Assembly: GCA_964016885.1 (NCBI GenBank)
Contig: OZ024740.1
Location: 142,848,001-142,912,000 of the forward strand
DNA from: Eledone cirrhosa
Taxonomy: Eukaryota
Direction: 5' to 3'
Length of the DNA: 64,000 nucleotides
Shown: one piece after another, positions 27,005 through 41,649 of the stretch
How the letters are laid out: every line of letters begins with the position of its first letter
Numbering within the stretch: position 1 is the stretch's first letter
The notes under the pieces: model-generated
Told to the model about the DNA's origin: nothing
Database searches by the model: none
The model's input: only the letters and a program-made list of their open reading frames with translations
Position numbers and translations under genes: made by a program

Positions 27005-28369
27005 ATACCAGAAGACGTGACAGAGTGTCTGTTGTTAACACTAAATCCCTCCCCCATGAAGAATTCACCTCCCAACATAGACTGATAAGGAAAGGCGTAG
27101 GTAGAAACTCCATTTTATGTCCCAAATGCAAAGTATGGGTGCATAAAAGATGTAGTGGGATCACAGGTAAGCTAACTAAGAACATAGATTTTACATGTGG
27201 CCGGTGCTCTGGTGCAATAAGTAGCAGCAAGTGCCCACAAAATACTAGCTCCTTCAACTGCGCAGAGGGTTCTATAGAAATAGTGGACAGCTTCCGTTAC
27301 CTGGGTGACAAAATCAGCAGTGGGGGAGGGTGCTCTGAAAGTACAGTAGCTAGAGTCAGAACTAGATGGAAAAAGTTCAGAGAGCTTATACCACTATTAG
27401 CCGCTAGAGGGTTCTCCCTAAAAATGAAAGGCAGGTTATACGATGCCTGCATACGAACAGCAATGCTGCATGGCAGTGAGACCTGGGCATTGTGTGCAGA
27501 GGATATACGCAGACTAGAGAGGAACGAAGCTTGCATGCTCCGCTGGATGTGCAATAGTAATATACGTGAACGGCAAAGCATAAACGAACTAAGGAAAAAA
27601 TTAGAAATAAGAGGGATCAGATGTTGTTTACTCGAGAGAAGGCTACGTTGGTATGGTCACGTGATGCGCATGAAAGACGACAGCTGTATAACAAAGTGCA
27701 GGGCAATAAAGATAGACGGTAGCCACGGAGTAGGCAGACCCAGAAAAACATGGGACGAGCTGATAAATTCCGACCTCACACGCTTACACCTCTCCAAGAC
27801 AATGTCACTGGACCGAGACCTTTGGCGGTACTCAGTAATAGAGAAGACCCGCCTTCTAAATACAAAGTAAAAACCTACTACAGTCAGTAGGCATCTCTAT
27901 CAAAACACCCCCCCCGTCCCACCACCTCCACCCCATCCACACCGCCCCTTTCAATGTAAAGTTATGTTGGTCCCACAACATCCAGGTTGAAACAAATGAG
28001 ATCGTGTAGGTGTCACGACAAAAAAACACACAGTCCACGCTGTAAATGTGGCCGTGTAGGCAACACGGTAAAAACCTCCCAGCCCCACACTGTAAATGTG
28101 GTTGGTGTTAGGAAGGGCATCCAGCTGTAGAAAACCCGCCAGGCAGTCCACGCTGTAATGTGGCCGTGTAGGCAACACGGTAAAAACCTCCCAGCCCCAC
28201 ACTGTAAATGTGGTTGGTGTTAGGAAGGGCATCCAACTGTAGAAAACCCGCCAGACAGTCCTATGCGAGCAAGACAACCACTCTTGCCTCAAGTGGGAAA
28301 ACCCCCGTCCAAACCCATGCAAGCGTGGAACACGGACGCTAAACCTGATGATGATGATGATGATGATGA
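27005..28369 (+). mobile_element. PHD-RTE LINE, internally deleted, with duplicated 3'-UTR module
   Basis: APE tail fused in frame to the PHD/RT C-terminus at ~27088; ends GGACGCTAAAC..(GAT)n. Confidence 0.9.
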
Positions 28370-29039
28370 TATATATAAGGTAGTATAATATAGTGAGGAG
28401 ATTAATAGTGGCAGAGGTCTCAGTATTCAATCTCTTGTGACAAAATATGACTAAAGAATAATGGTAAATATTGATTATTAAAAATAATAGAAAAAGAAAA
28501 GTATTAATTAGTTTGAGTGGTTGTTATGTTTCTGTAGTAGGGGGGGGGGGGATTAATAATAATGACAATAATAATAATAGTGATAATATCAATAATTTAA
28601 AAAATGATATTAAAATTTTAAAAAATTGTGGTAATAGTAGCAGTAATGACCATCAACACTGTGAGGTGGGTGGTAATAGGTGGGAAGGTTTAAAGGGTAA
28701 GGTGGATACTTAATCAAATTATATAGCTGATCCATCCTAGTGTTCTGGATATAAAACTGGTTTATAAGTTCTGTATGTTACATTGATTTTGTGCATGCAA
28801 TTCGAAAAGTTTGTTCAGGATGGGCCCTTGGCAAATCATTATCATCATCATCATCATCATCATTGTTTAACGTCCATTTTCCACGCTAGCATGGGTATAT
28901 CCATTTCTGTTTTTCCATTTATCCATCACTCTGTCTATCTGTCACTCTCTCTCTCTCTCTCTATATATATACACACATATGATGATGATGATATATATGT
29001 ATATATGATTTTGGTATATATATGTGTATATGATGGACA

Positions 29040-30480
29040 CCAAGCTAGGTGTAGAGAAATGGTCATGAGGGCCATGCAAACCATGTATGGAGGTGCAACT
29101 AGCAAGATGAGAGTTAGCAATGAGTACAGTAATGAATTTGAAGTGCAGGTGGGAATTTCCTTGAGTTCAGTCCTCAGTCCACTTCTGTTTACCATTGTTC
29201 TCTAGGCACAGCAGAAGGGTTTTGGACTAGAACTCCTGTATGCAGAGGATCTAGTCCTTATAGCTGAATCCTTGGAAAGGTTACAACACAAATTCTATAC
29301 ATGGAAGAAAAAGTAGGAAAGAAGACAGGAACTTTATACCATCAGCAAAGTGATTTTGTTTGGTGTAAAAATGGGGTGTGCCAAAATTCATAACACACAC
29401 AGTGTAACCTATGTAATCTATGCTCTGATGGCTGTGTAATGTTAGTGTGCATGAACAGTGTAGCTTAAGCAAGCCGAGAGAAAACCTCTGTATAAGAGAG
29501 GTCAGATGCAGTGTGCATGAGAGAAGACTAAGACGGTATGGACACATGACGTATATGGAATATAACAGCTATATAAAGAAATGCAGAGAAATCCCAGTGG
29601 ATGGGACTTGTTGTGGAAGAGATACACCTAGGAAGACCCATGATAAAGTAGTGAAGACTGACCTTAAGAAGCTGAATCTCACAACAGAGATAACAAATGA
29701 CTACAAGGATTGGTAACATGCAGTACTGGAGAAGACTCACCTGCCAGCATAATACTATGACCTGACCTCCTCACCTACTCTCTCTCTCTCTTTAAAAATT
29801 ACTCTCACTATCATAAGGGGAGGCGATACACCTCCCACTCTATCTAGTATCGCCCTACTTCTTATCACCCTGACAAACTCCACCACACCTGTACTTTCTC
29901 ACCCATTCTTACTCACATGCCCACTTGAAACTTACTTGTTATACACCCATGACATCAAACTTGTCACTCACCACCCCATCTCTTGTTACTTACCATCTTC
30001 ACCTCCTGCAATTGGGCATAGAAGGCCCTTCAATCAAGTCTATGATTGACAAAATCCTTAGTGTTGGTGCCATGATAAAACCCACTCTGTAAAGTGGTTT
30101 GTGCTAGGAAGAACTTACAGCTATATAAACTATTAAAAAATAAAGTTGACTCTCTAGTGCTGGTGCTACAAAAAATGCACCAAGTAAACCCTGTCGAATA
30201 GTTGGTGGCAAAAAGGCACTCGCTGTAGAAACTATACCAAAAAGGGTTGAGAAGATTCTTCAGTTGTGTCAAGGGTACAACAATTTTTCTAGTGTTAGTT
30301 ATCTAAGGATAGATGCACCCAGTACATTTTGTAAAGTGATTGGTGATAGGAAGGTCGTCCAGCCATAGAAAACCCACTAAACACAGGGTTGGAAGGATGG
30401 ATTTTTCAGCTGTATCAAAAGACATGACAACCTCCCTACTACTGGTGCCATGATAGAATGCACCTGATGCACTCAGTAGA
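29040..30480 (+). mobile_element. Old diverged RTE LINE fragment and 3' UTR
   Basis: VMRAMQTMY..SVLSPLLFTIVL; ERRLRRYGHM..PRKTHDKVV; tail modules follow. Confidence 0.7.
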
Positions 30481-30544
30481 GTGTGGGAAATATATAAGCA
30501 TGACGTGGTCCCAAAGCCTGTCTGGTAGGTCAGTCGCTTCAATT

Positions 30545-31735
30545 AAATAATAATAATAATAATAATATTAATAATAATGAAAATTATTGTGTACATTGCT
30601 CAGGTGCACTACAACTCATCAAAGGTGCATGTATAGTACACAGAAAAATGTACAAATGTCAGGAAAGTGAACAGTGTATGGGTCATGCTATACACACAGA
30701 TGCACACACATGCGTGTTTGTGTATGGAGGGGGAGTATCAGGTGTGATGTTGGTAAATTTCGGGAAGCATGGAAGTTTTGAAGGATGCAGTGTCCTGACA
30801 GCTAACAACTGATGCAGATACTTTGTTCCATGCTTCAGCAATTCCGAGATGAAAAAATGTTTCTGAAAGTCATGGGAGCTGTACTGTTTTCTGATTTTGT
30901 AAGCATGTCCATGGGTGTTAGAACATGGAATTTAAAAAGGTGCTTTGGGTTGTTGTTGGAAAGATGGTTAATAATCTTGTGGGTGTCTACCAAGTCAGTT
31001 GCCTGATGGAGGGTATTTGTTTGGTTGCACGTCTATAAATAGTTTCCAGAAGATCAATATTCTGAGAAAAATAAGGGTTCCAGACTGGTGATGAAAAGTC
31101 TAAGTGTGGCCACACCATAGCTAAAAATATTTAAGCGTGATATGGAGAGCGGCTGTCAAAGGTCTTACTGAGTGATGCTAAGACATCCTTGGCCGTCTTG
31201 ACAATTTTAGAAATGTGCTTTGTCCAAATAATTCTCAGGTCACATTCACAAGAAGACTTCTTGATATTAGTGTTGCAGTGGGAGTATGTGGACACTGGGT
31301 TTTCCTCCCAAAATGTATGGTGGTACACTTCTCCACAGCCAGCTTGAGTTACCAGTCCATGATCCATTGCTGCATTGTGTCCAGGTCTGATTGCAGGCAA
31401 GATCTATAGTGTTCAGGATCTATCCTTTTTATCTCAAAGTACAGCTTGATGTCATCTGCATATTTCAGCACCGTGGCATTCTTTAAGTTGGCATCTATGT
31501 CATTGATATACACAGCAAACAAAAGGGACCACGAACAGATCCCTGTGGTACACCAGATGTCATCTCATAGGGTGAAGAATGTTGTCCTAGAACTGTGACT
31601 ACCTTTTTTCGACTGAGAATGAAGGACTTCAACCAGTTATAGAGATCATTTCTCACACCCATTACAGAGAGTTTTGCAATAAGTCTTTTGTGTAGCAGAG
31701 AATTAAAAGCTTTAGCAAAGTCAAGATAAATAATA
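30545..31735 (-). mobile_element. CR1-clade LINE, degenerate RT and 3' end
   Basis: YLDFAKAFNS, SGVPQGSV, KYADDIKLY; 3' end matches the 16885 copy. Confidence 0.85.
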
Positions 31736-32359
31736 TAAATATAAATAGATTTAAGTACGAATGTGATCTGTGACGACCTGTCCAATGCTCACTAGCAGGG
31801 AAAATGGACAGCATATGATAAAGATGATGATGAATTATATATATATATATATATATATATATTTGACTAAATGCTAAGCCAAACAACTTATAAATATACC
31901 TCCACACAAGGGAAACATAATGTTTACACTGACTTTACATCTGTTATTTTACTTGGCAACAAACTTCATCTTTGTAGGAAACAATAAGAAAACAAATTAT
32001 ATCAATGTGGTGTACTTGGGCTACATAAAAGGACTTAATTTTCATGTATTACAACTTACATCTAGAAATCGATTTTATTATGAAGCAAGCATTAGAATGG
32101 AATGTAGTTTGATAGACACAACAGAACTTAATCCTACATATAATCAAGAGTTGTCAAGATTGATTTATTAGCCACCATTCAAGAATGTATATTTACTGCT
32201 TTCAATCATTAAACTGCAGCCATACTGGGGCACCGCCTTCAGTATTTATTTTTCATGTTTGGCATTTTATCGATTTCCTTTTTGCGGGTCTGCTAAGTTA
32301 CAGGATATAAACAAACAGTAAACAAAAACACAGACTTGGAAATACATGTGCGTGCACAG

Positions 32360-32422
<63 letters not shown>

Positions 32423-32438
32423 AAAACTGTAGGAGCCC

Positions 32439-32482
<44 letters not shown>

Positions 32483-34028
32483 GCTCCTACAGTTTTTAAA
32501 TTTCACTCAAAAGACAGTGGTCAACCCAAGGCTTTGGATGCTTGCCCTAGTTACCACGCTGTGGAACTGAATCCAAAACCATATAGTTGCAAATCAAACT
32601 CCCTTAACTAAAAATCCATGCTTGTGCCTATTGAGGAAATTATTTTTTTGCTTTCATATTTCAATAAAAGAATGGATGTGAGAGGTCAGGAAATGTGGCT
32701 CTTCCAGCACATATTAACCAATTTAAAACCTGTTTTTCCTTGACCTGCTTCTATTTAATTACTAATAATCTATAAAATTATCAACATGTTAATTTATCAA
32801 GCTTCTTTGTTGGTTACATTCATTGTATATTTATATTTACTATGACATCAACTAATCTGCAATCTTCCACTGCCACTACAAAAACCACCATCCACTATCC
32901 ACTACCACTGCCACCACTAAAGCCATCATCTGCTCTAGTCTTAGACAACACACAGTTAACACCATCTGAATCACTACAAATACAAAACCACTAAGCATAT
33001 GACCTCATGGTTAAAGTATTGGTTTCAAGATCATAAGGTCATGGGTTTTATTCATGAACTGAGCAACATATTGTGTTCTTTAACAAGATGTTTCCTTTCA
33101 TGCTGCAGTCCACTCTACTCAGCTTAAAAAATGAGTACCAACAACAGACTTGCAACTGACTGATGTCCAGCCGAGGATGGGTCTTTTCCTAATAGGACTG
33201 GAAATTCTGTCATTCAAACACCCTAGCTAGACAATATAATGTCTGTAATGGCTCAATAAACTACAGATTTTGAAATATTCAATAGATGTATAGTTTCAGT
33301 CCTGCTGTACAGAGCAGAACCATAATTTACCCAGTTCATTGCCATATTTTTAATGAAATACACTATCCATTTATTTCAATTAATTTTTAAATTAAGCAAG
33401 AATTTAGAGAGACTTAGTAATATAACTGACTTTCTAAAATTTATAAGATGGCACAACAAAACTTAACAAAAGTTTCCCATATAAAATTACGATATGTTTT
33501 CATTTAAATATGACATCTTTAAAATTAGAATGCTATAGAATAAAAGGTTGTTTCAAGCTGTTTGGTATCAAAAGTGTTAATAATAACCATATGTCTGTAT
33601 TTGAAATTTATTTGTTTTTATTGTGAAAAACTGCCATAATTCATATATTAATTATAGAATTATTAAATATGTGAGAGATGGAAAAATGTAGATGCCTGCA
33701 GAAATTGAACCACACATCTACTGCATACTGGACAACTATGATAGCCGTGGCAGAGTTGTGGTTTGATTCCCGCAGATGTCCCTGTTCCCCCTTTTTTAGT
33801 CTCCATGGGTAATTTACCTAACTTATTCAACCATTTTATATATGAATTGTGGCAGCTTTTCATAATAAATACAAAGAAATTTCCATTCAAACTTGCTGAA
33901 TTTCTTTGTAAAATTATCTCTTTATATTCATTAATTATTTTCTCTTCTGAAAAATTACTTTATTTTTCATCTCATCACTGACAGGGGGCTTCACCCATGG
34001 AACCTTTTAACTAAAATGAAGACTAATA

Positions 34029-35597
34029 ATGGCTGAACTAGAGAGTCTCAGGTTAAATTTATCAGACTCTAACAAATTTGCATGTGATGATGATGATGAT
34101 GATGATGACATCCGAAGTGTTTGTAGCCAGTTAAATGATGACCCAGACACTTACAGAGTTTTGAATGACTCTATAAGTGACTCCCTAACAAAATCTGATT
34201 TAGGATCTAGTGGTTATGGGAAAGAAATAGATGGAAACTCATTAGAATTCAATGCTGGCAAACCTGAAGTCAAAACATCTTTTTATTCAAAGAAAAATTC
34301 TGACAAAAACATGGCAACAGTTTTGTACCATTTTGAAAAGTTTCCTAATATGTACAATACCCATGGAGAAGATGTGGCAGAACTTGTGCAGGAACATGCA
34401 TATCAGAAAGAAATGCAACAACGAATTTGTCACAATGAAAACTTTGATGCCAAATTTCCCTTCCCAAACACATCAATGAATGATGTAAAAGATGAACAAG
34501 AGCATGATGATAGGTCTGGGGATAAAAATGATAATTGTAAAGATTTTTACGATTCTCTTGAAGCTGACAGCCAGTATAAAGATGAAAGTTTTAACGAAAC
34601 AAGGAAATCTCAAACTAGGTTTGATGATTGTTTGGATCAATTTTACCTAAAACCTCCCCATAAAGAGAATAAAGTTTTGGGGCCTGTGAAAGGGGATCAC
34701 AAAATTAGTGTTCAGAAGTGGTCTGATGACCAGCTATTCAAGGAATTTAAGAAAATGGCTGATGACTATGATGGAAACAGTGTAGGAATGCAAGAGCATC
34801 CATCACCTGTTAGAACAATATCTAGACAATCTTTAGAAACAAATAATAAATTTTGGGATCAAAATTCAAATAATACGAACACAAATCATAAAATATATTC
34901 AGGCAAAGAGAATATGGACTATTTTCCTTTGGTTAGAAAACCAAAGGATTCTTCAAATCCTTCAATGAACTATGTGGAATTCAACAAAATCAATTATGAT
35001 AAACCTCTAAAGAATCGATCATACAAAATCCTGCATTCTCAAAGAAAAGATAGTAGTAAAACTATAAATTTTCCTCGAGACAGTAGTTCAGGTAGGAGTG
35101 AACCAGCAGTAAATTATCAAGAGATGATGAGGCCTTTACTTCAGAAAAAACCAGCTTCTGCCGAGGACCTGTGGAGAAAACGCTCCACACAACTTGTTCA
35201 TGAGCTAGAGCGCAAGTTACCGCCAGTAGGGAAGCTTCAGAAGTTTCCTAGTGACAGCAAAGTCAACTACCAAACTAAACCATATCATCTGCAACCATTG
35301 AAGCCAATACCTCCTCCTGCAGCTGCAACACCAAGGGATATTCATGGAAACAATATTCCAATGTATCAGGCTAAAGTCATTGATCTGGATCCAATCTCAA
35401 AGGATTTTGTCACAGATGATGGACAACGTATCAGCGTTGACATCAACCTGAAGCTGCTTTCTCCGCCATCTTCAACTCGCTACCACCCTCCAGACAATAT
35501 CCAAAACTTTGGGTTTAACCCTTCAGACAGAAACTATAAAATCTTCCAAAACATGGTAGACTATCAGAACATGGATCATGCCTCCAATTATGAAAAG
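34029..35597 (+). CDS. jhy: Jhy (C11orf63) homolog, coding exon 1 (523 aa)
   Basis: 1.6-kb open frame in AT-rich DNA; acceptor ACAG at 33981-33984 before the ATG; donor AAG|GTAATA at 35597, phase 0. Confidence 0.8.
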
Positions 35598-36451
35598 GTA
35601 ATAATTATATTTTCATTTGTCTCTCAAGCCACTTTAATTCTTGCATAACTTACTATTGAAACATGGTAATTTCTATATCAATGTGTGAACATGTCTGCAT
35701 GTGAATGTGTGTGTGTGAAGGTGCATGTTTATGTATGTGTGTGTGTAAGGGGCACGTCTGGGTGTGTGTGTGTGGGGGGGGGGGGCATGTCAACATGCCT
35801 GTTTGGTATGTGTCTGTTTAAGACATCTTCATAATTGTGTCTACATTTCTGTGTGAGGGTATATATATGTATGTGTGTGGACATATCTGCGTGCATGTCT
35901 GAGGGAAGGGTACATGTATGTATGCATGTGGGCATGTCATTGATATTTATGTCAACATAATGTGATCAATTCCTTAGACAGGAAAAAAGTACTAAATACA
36001 CGTAATACTTTGCTGTGTTAATGTTGTGGTAATTATTTATAAGTACAGTTTGGTAGACAGACAGATTGACTGAAATAAGTTGCCTAAGTTGTCTTTAAGA
36101 AACAGCATGGCCAAATGGTTAAGAAGTTCACTTTGTATTTTATAAGGTTCAACTATGTGGCATCCTCGTCAAATATCATTTACCATAGCCTCGGGTTGTC
36201 CATGTGAGTGGAATTGTGTAGACAGAAACTGTTTGAAAATCAAACTGATAGATTGCACCTGTAATTCAAAGGGCCAGCCTTGTCACACAGTGTGTCATGA
36301 TGAATCTTCCTGAGAATTACATTAAGGATATGCATGTCTGGGGAATACTCAGCCACTTATACTATAATACATGATGGGTTGTATCTGTAATTCAAAGGGC
36401 CAGCCTTGTCAAACACGTTATCATGTTGAATCTCCTAGAGAGATATATTAA

Positions 36452-36660
36452 CCATTTAGCATTTAAACTGGCTGTATCCGGCCAGAATTCTCTCACCTCT
36501 TTTCGATTCAAACCCGCCATAACTGGGCACTCATACTGATGTTAAGGTATTGTTCTCAAAATAAATAACATCAAAATCTCATCGATTCAATATTATGTGC
36601 GGTAAAGCCTTTACCACAAACACACAGTAGTATAAATAGAGTAATGTAAATGCTAAAGGC
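36452..36660. mobile_element. piggyBac-like MITE
   Basis: TTAA|CCATTTAGCATTTA...TAAATGCTAAAGGC|TTAA. The adjacent duplicate of the host repeat (~36318) has a single uninterrupted TTAA. Confidence 0.75.
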
Positions 36661-37670
36661 TTAAGAGTACACGTGTCTGTGGAATGCTCAGCCATTTACA
36701 TATTAATTTCACATGTAGGGCATTCCATTGACAGAACAACTAAAATATTCATCATTGAAACTGAGGTATATTCCATTTCAAACCATCACTAAGAATGGTT
36801 GTTGAAGTATTTGAAACTATGACCTAGTGGTTATAACCTAATCCTTCCTCATCCAAATATCACACCTTCTGGAATTCCCTCAATAACCATTGTTTACCTG
36901 CAGCTATCAACTATCCAAGAGGAACATTCACCACATTAATCTAACAGGTCTTAGAAGGCCTGCAGTTAGTCCTCTACCACCAATTGACATAGCTCAACTC
37001 CAAATGAAACTTTCAGAATATAAACATTTCTTGGTCATTTTATTTGAAATCATCATAATCATCATCATCATTATTTTACATCCATTTTCCAACTGGCTTG
37101 GTTTGGATGGATTGTTACAGACAAAGTTAGTACTTTACTTTATTGGAGAATCTATCCTCCTAGATGGGCTAGGGGACCACATATTGCTCAATACATTTGT
37201 TTTTCGGCATAATTTCTATGGCTGGATGCCCTTCTTGATGCCAACTACTAAATACATTTTTTCATAATGCCAACACTAGAGTATTTGCCATGTCCTTTAC
37301 ATGGCTTGAGTGTTTTAGCGACTTGTTTTGGCATAGTTTCTACAGATGAGTACTCATCCTAACACCAACCCCTTTACATAATATACTGAGTGTATTATTA
37401 TTGTGGCACAATCACAAGTGAAGTAGTCATGTCTTTGACAGGACTAAAGAGACTTCTCTTTTTGGCATGGTTTCTACTACTGAGCACTCTTCCAAATGCC
37501 AACCATTTTACAGAATGTACAGGGTACATTTTATCATGGCACCATCACTATAGAGGTTGTCATCTCTTTGTCAATATGACAGAGTCCTCTCTAACCTATG
37601 TTGTTTCTATTCAAATACCAGCTAGCATATAAGATAATCTAATTTATTATTTTACTTGTAAAATTTACAG

Positions 37671-37943
37671 TTTTTGCTTAACTCTGAATTACTGGAAGGA
37701 ACAGACACAGATATATCTGGAGACAATTCTGGGAATTTCCTGCAGAATAGCTTCAATGGATCTGATAATGAAAGATTACTGAAAACTGATGATAAGAGCA
37801 GTTATATGAGCAGGTACCAGAAGATGCGTAATGCAGACTTTAAGTATAAAGTATACACAGTAGAAGATTACAGAAAAATGCAGAAAGAGGTGAAGTTGGG
37901 GAGACTTGGGCCTGATCTTGATAGTGAGAACTTGAGAGAAAAG
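37671..37943 (+). CDS. jhy: Jhy homolog coding exon 2 (91 aa)
   Basis: TTTACAG| acceptor and AAG|GTGAGA donor, phase 0. YTVEDYRKMQKEVKLGRLGPD resembles the conserved JHY (DUF4591) motif. Confidence 0.85.
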
Positions 37944-39453
37944 GTGAGACTTAAATTTTAAAATATTCATTGTACATCTAACACAGTCTCATACATACAC
38001 ACACATACAATTAAGTACATGTAAATACTTGTGACTCCAACAACTTTTGAGGATCAATGCTTAAATCTGGTTTTAAGTAGTGAAGTGAATGCTGGGATAA
38101 ATCTCCTTGGATATGATGCCAGTCTATAACATTTAACATTCATTGATGATCTGGTACTTGCTCTCAACAGTTAGGTGGACTATGGCAATATAGAATAAAA
38201 TATTTGGCTCTGACTTCCATCAAAATACATACAGTGGGCTTTAACCGTTGACATTTAAAACAGGAGTCTAGTCATTTATCCACTCAACCATCCCACTTTA
38301 CACTTTAACAATATTATTATTAAGTTAAAAAATTGTAAGGCTGTGAATTGGCAGAGTTGTTAGGGCATCGGCTTAAATGCCTTGTTATATGTTCCAGTTC
38401 ACTGTGCTCTAAGTTCATATCTCGCCGAGGTCAACTTTGCCTTTCATCCTTTCAAAGTCAATAAACAAAGTACCAGTCTAATGTTGGGGTCCATTATTTC
38501 GCCTTCTCTTTCTTTGGAAGGAATCAACTGTGTTCAGGCCTTACTAGGTTTTAAATGTTCAAGACATGCCATGTGTTAAGTTGGTGCCATTACAACTCCA
38601 TCAGGAGTTAAGGGCCCTTTGCCTTACTTAGAAATTGTACATTAATATAATTATTAATTAGCTATAGCACTTACACAGTGTAATTCGTAATAAAGGAAGA
38701 TATTGATCTATATACAATATATTTAGGTATAATAAGCATACATATCATTGCTGTGATCATGCCATAGCTAACTTGGCATCAGAATAAAAGCAGTGTATAC
38801 ATATATTTTACAGTTGACACTGCTCATCAGCACTTGCTTACTTACACCAAGATACCGGGGTATAGAAGACTTTATAGCGTTATAGATTGTGTAAATAAAC
38901 TATTTATACTGAAAGCTTATTTACATTTAATGCAAGTTTGATAGGCAAGTATAAATTACCAATAACACTAACACAGTATGATTCAGAATAAAGGCATATA
39001 TAAACTCATATAAAAATGTTCAATAAACACACATCATCATCATCATCATTTTATGTCTGCTTTTCCCTGCATGTAGTTTCATTTTAATTTAACACTTAAC
39101 ATCCTGTGAAAATATCTAAAAACGGGCTTGTTAATTTTAATATTTACAGTATCTTTGCTAATAGACAAATCTTTGTGAAGATTTGCAGTAAATTAAAGAT
39201 TGTAATTCTTAATGTGATGTAGACAGAGTGTTGTTTCGTATTTTTCAAGAATGTTTTGCTAATGTGCTTTTATGTAGTACAGGACATTAAGAGTTAACCT
39301 GTGATCATATCACAGCCAACTCAGTATCAGTGTAAGAGTAGTGAATGCATGTATTTTACAGTCATTGCAGTTCATCAACACCTCACTTACTTAATATTAT
39401 GTCTAGCAACTGTATATTAACACTATTATTATGTCTATAACTGTTGATTTTAG

Positions 39454-39594
39454 GTTGAGAGACGTCAAAGACAAGCAGAATATGCTCGCAAAGTCCAAGA
39501 AGAAAACAAAACAGCCATCAGTTCCAAGCCATTAGCTTCTCTACCACAACCACCACCAACATTTACAAAAGAACAAGAAAACAGAAGGAAAATG
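39454..39594 (+). CDS. jhy: Jhy homolog coding exon 3 (47 aa)
   Basis: TTTTAG| and ATG|GTAAAT, phase 0. VERRQRQAEYARKVQEENK resembles the JHY QxEYAxxV motif. Not in the ORF track. Confidence 0.85.
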
Positions 39595-39974
39595 GTAAAT
39601 AATGTGTGCCTTTGTGAGTCTATGATATTTGTTAAATGTAAGTAGTGACTGACAGCAGAATGTGGACTAAAACAGTGATATATATATATGTTCCCCTTCC
39701 AACTACCTTCTCCCTCCCCTTTCATACACCTCCACATCCTAACAACCTTCTCCTGTCCACGTCCCTCCCCCTTGGACCTCCCATGTCCTGACCCTTCACC
39801 CACGTCTGAACACCCCACCCCCTCACACACCCCAAGATCTACTGCCCCCACAGTCTGCAACCCACACTATAAAGTGGTTGTAATGGCAACACAACAAAAT
39901 GTGCCCAGCCCACACTATAAAGTGGTCATGTAGGTAACATGACAAAAGCTGAACACAAGCTAGAACCACTGTTA

Positions 39975-40790
39975 AAATGATGTACCAGGTAATGAAAGTG
40001 GCAGAAAGAGTTTTAGCTCAACTAATTAGGAAAAGAGTCAAATTAGATGAGATGCAGTTTGGTTTTGTACCAAGGGGTAGCACTACAGATGCCCTCTTCC
40101 TAGTGAGACAAATACAAGCAATGTTCTTAGTTATGAATAAGCCTCTATATTTGGCTTTTGTTGATCTGGTGGTCCTTAAGGAACCTAGGCATAGAAGATT
40201 GGCTTGAAAGAGCAGTGCAAGCCATGTACAGAGGAGCTGTTAGTAAAGTAAAGGTAGGTAATGAGTTTAGCAAGGAATTCAGAATGCAGGTGGGTGTTCT
40301 TCAGGGTTCAATCCTCAGCCCAATTCTGTTTATTATAGTTCACCAGGTTATATTAGAGGAGTTTAAGACGGGTTGCCCATTGGAGATCCTGTATGCTGAT
40401 GATGTGGTTCTTAGTGAAAAAATTAGAGAACAAATGCTTAGAATAAATTTAGAAAAAAATAAAACTTTGGTAAGCAGGAAAGAGGACAGGACCTTAATCC
40501 TATTAAGAAAATAGCCCTGCTCAATATGCAGAAAAGGAGTTGGTAGTAACTCTTATATGTTGTACACAATGTAAATCTTGAATACATAAGAGGTATAGTG
40601 GGATAATAGGCAGACTAACAGAAAAGGTAAATTCTGTGTAAGGCTCCATAAAAGTGATTAAGAGCTTCTATTACCTAGATGATAAAATTAGTGACTTTTT
40701 ACTGTGGAGGCTGCATCAAAAGCATATTAGCTAGAGTAAGAACAGGATGAAAAGATCAGAGAATTACTATCTCCGTTGACAGCAAAAGGG
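39975..40790 (+). mobile_element. Diverged PHD-RTE fragment in jhy intron
   Basis: MQFGFVPRGSTTDALF, LQGSILSP, LYADD, degenerate PCSICRKGVG. Confidence 0.8.
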
Positions 40791-41062
40791 TTTAGAGAGA
40801 GAGAGAGAGAGAGAGAGATGACCGTACGTAAGCAGGATGCTGATCTCTCAGCTTCTCTGGGAGTCAGTAGCCCCGCTTCAGTACTGACTTGGTCTATGTA
40901 GACCCATCTGATCCTTGCTAGCAGGGAGAGCAGATGTTAAATGATGTTGATGATGATATGTGTGTGTGTGTATATACAAAAAGTAAACAGAAATAACAAA
41001 GCAAATGATACAGTACAATGAAGAAATATATTAGTTTAATGTATGAAATAATAGGAAAAGAG

Positions 41063-41098
41063 TTTTAACATTTCTGATACTAGTCCTTCATCAGAAGA
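41063..41098 (-). ncRNA. Degenerate minimal hammerhead ribozyme, second copy
   Basis: Minus strand TCTT-CTGATGA-AGGACTAGTATCA-GAAA-TGTT-AAAA within a repeat (40975-41110) homologous to 7420-7560. Stems are damaged. Confidence 0.5.
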
Positions 41099-41649
41099 TA
41101 GAATGAGAAATAGAAGTGAGAAGAGAAGGAACAGAAAGGAAAAGAAACAGTCAGCCATATATATATATAGTTGTGTTATTAAATGTTTAATTAATTTATA
41201 GTTGTGGTTACGTTTACAGCACACCAATTAATAAGTAATGGTGTAACTAGGATCAAGCATTCAACGTTGTACGCATCTTTCCAATCATGATGTGGGATCA
41301 CCTGGGTATTACATAATGAAGTGTATGCATAATAATGTGAATACAAAAAGCTAGATTTCCATGATTCCCTTTATTATGTAATTTGCTGTGATATTCGTCA
41401 ATATCTATTATGTAATGAGATACTATTATGCAATTATTGACATGACTTCTTCAGATAGCATTTTAGGAGTGAGAAGGCCTTGAATTGGATTGGATTGAAT
41501 ATATATAATTTTTTTGTGGGGAGACAGACTTTTGAAATAGCAACATTGAAAATAAATCTGTTACTATATCACTAGATTGTATTGTCTAAAGAATGTGCAG
41601 AGTGGAGCCGCATACATTCATGGTTTTTGGTGAGCTTGATAGATGCATC

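Noticed and set aside
32995-33180. tRNA-like sequence (also ~36105-36230)
   Set aside because: Degenerate SINE heads with no cloverleaf; not tRNA genes.
35598-35648. Last 16 codons of the 539-aa ORF
   Set aside because: Read-through into the intron past the AAG|GT donor.
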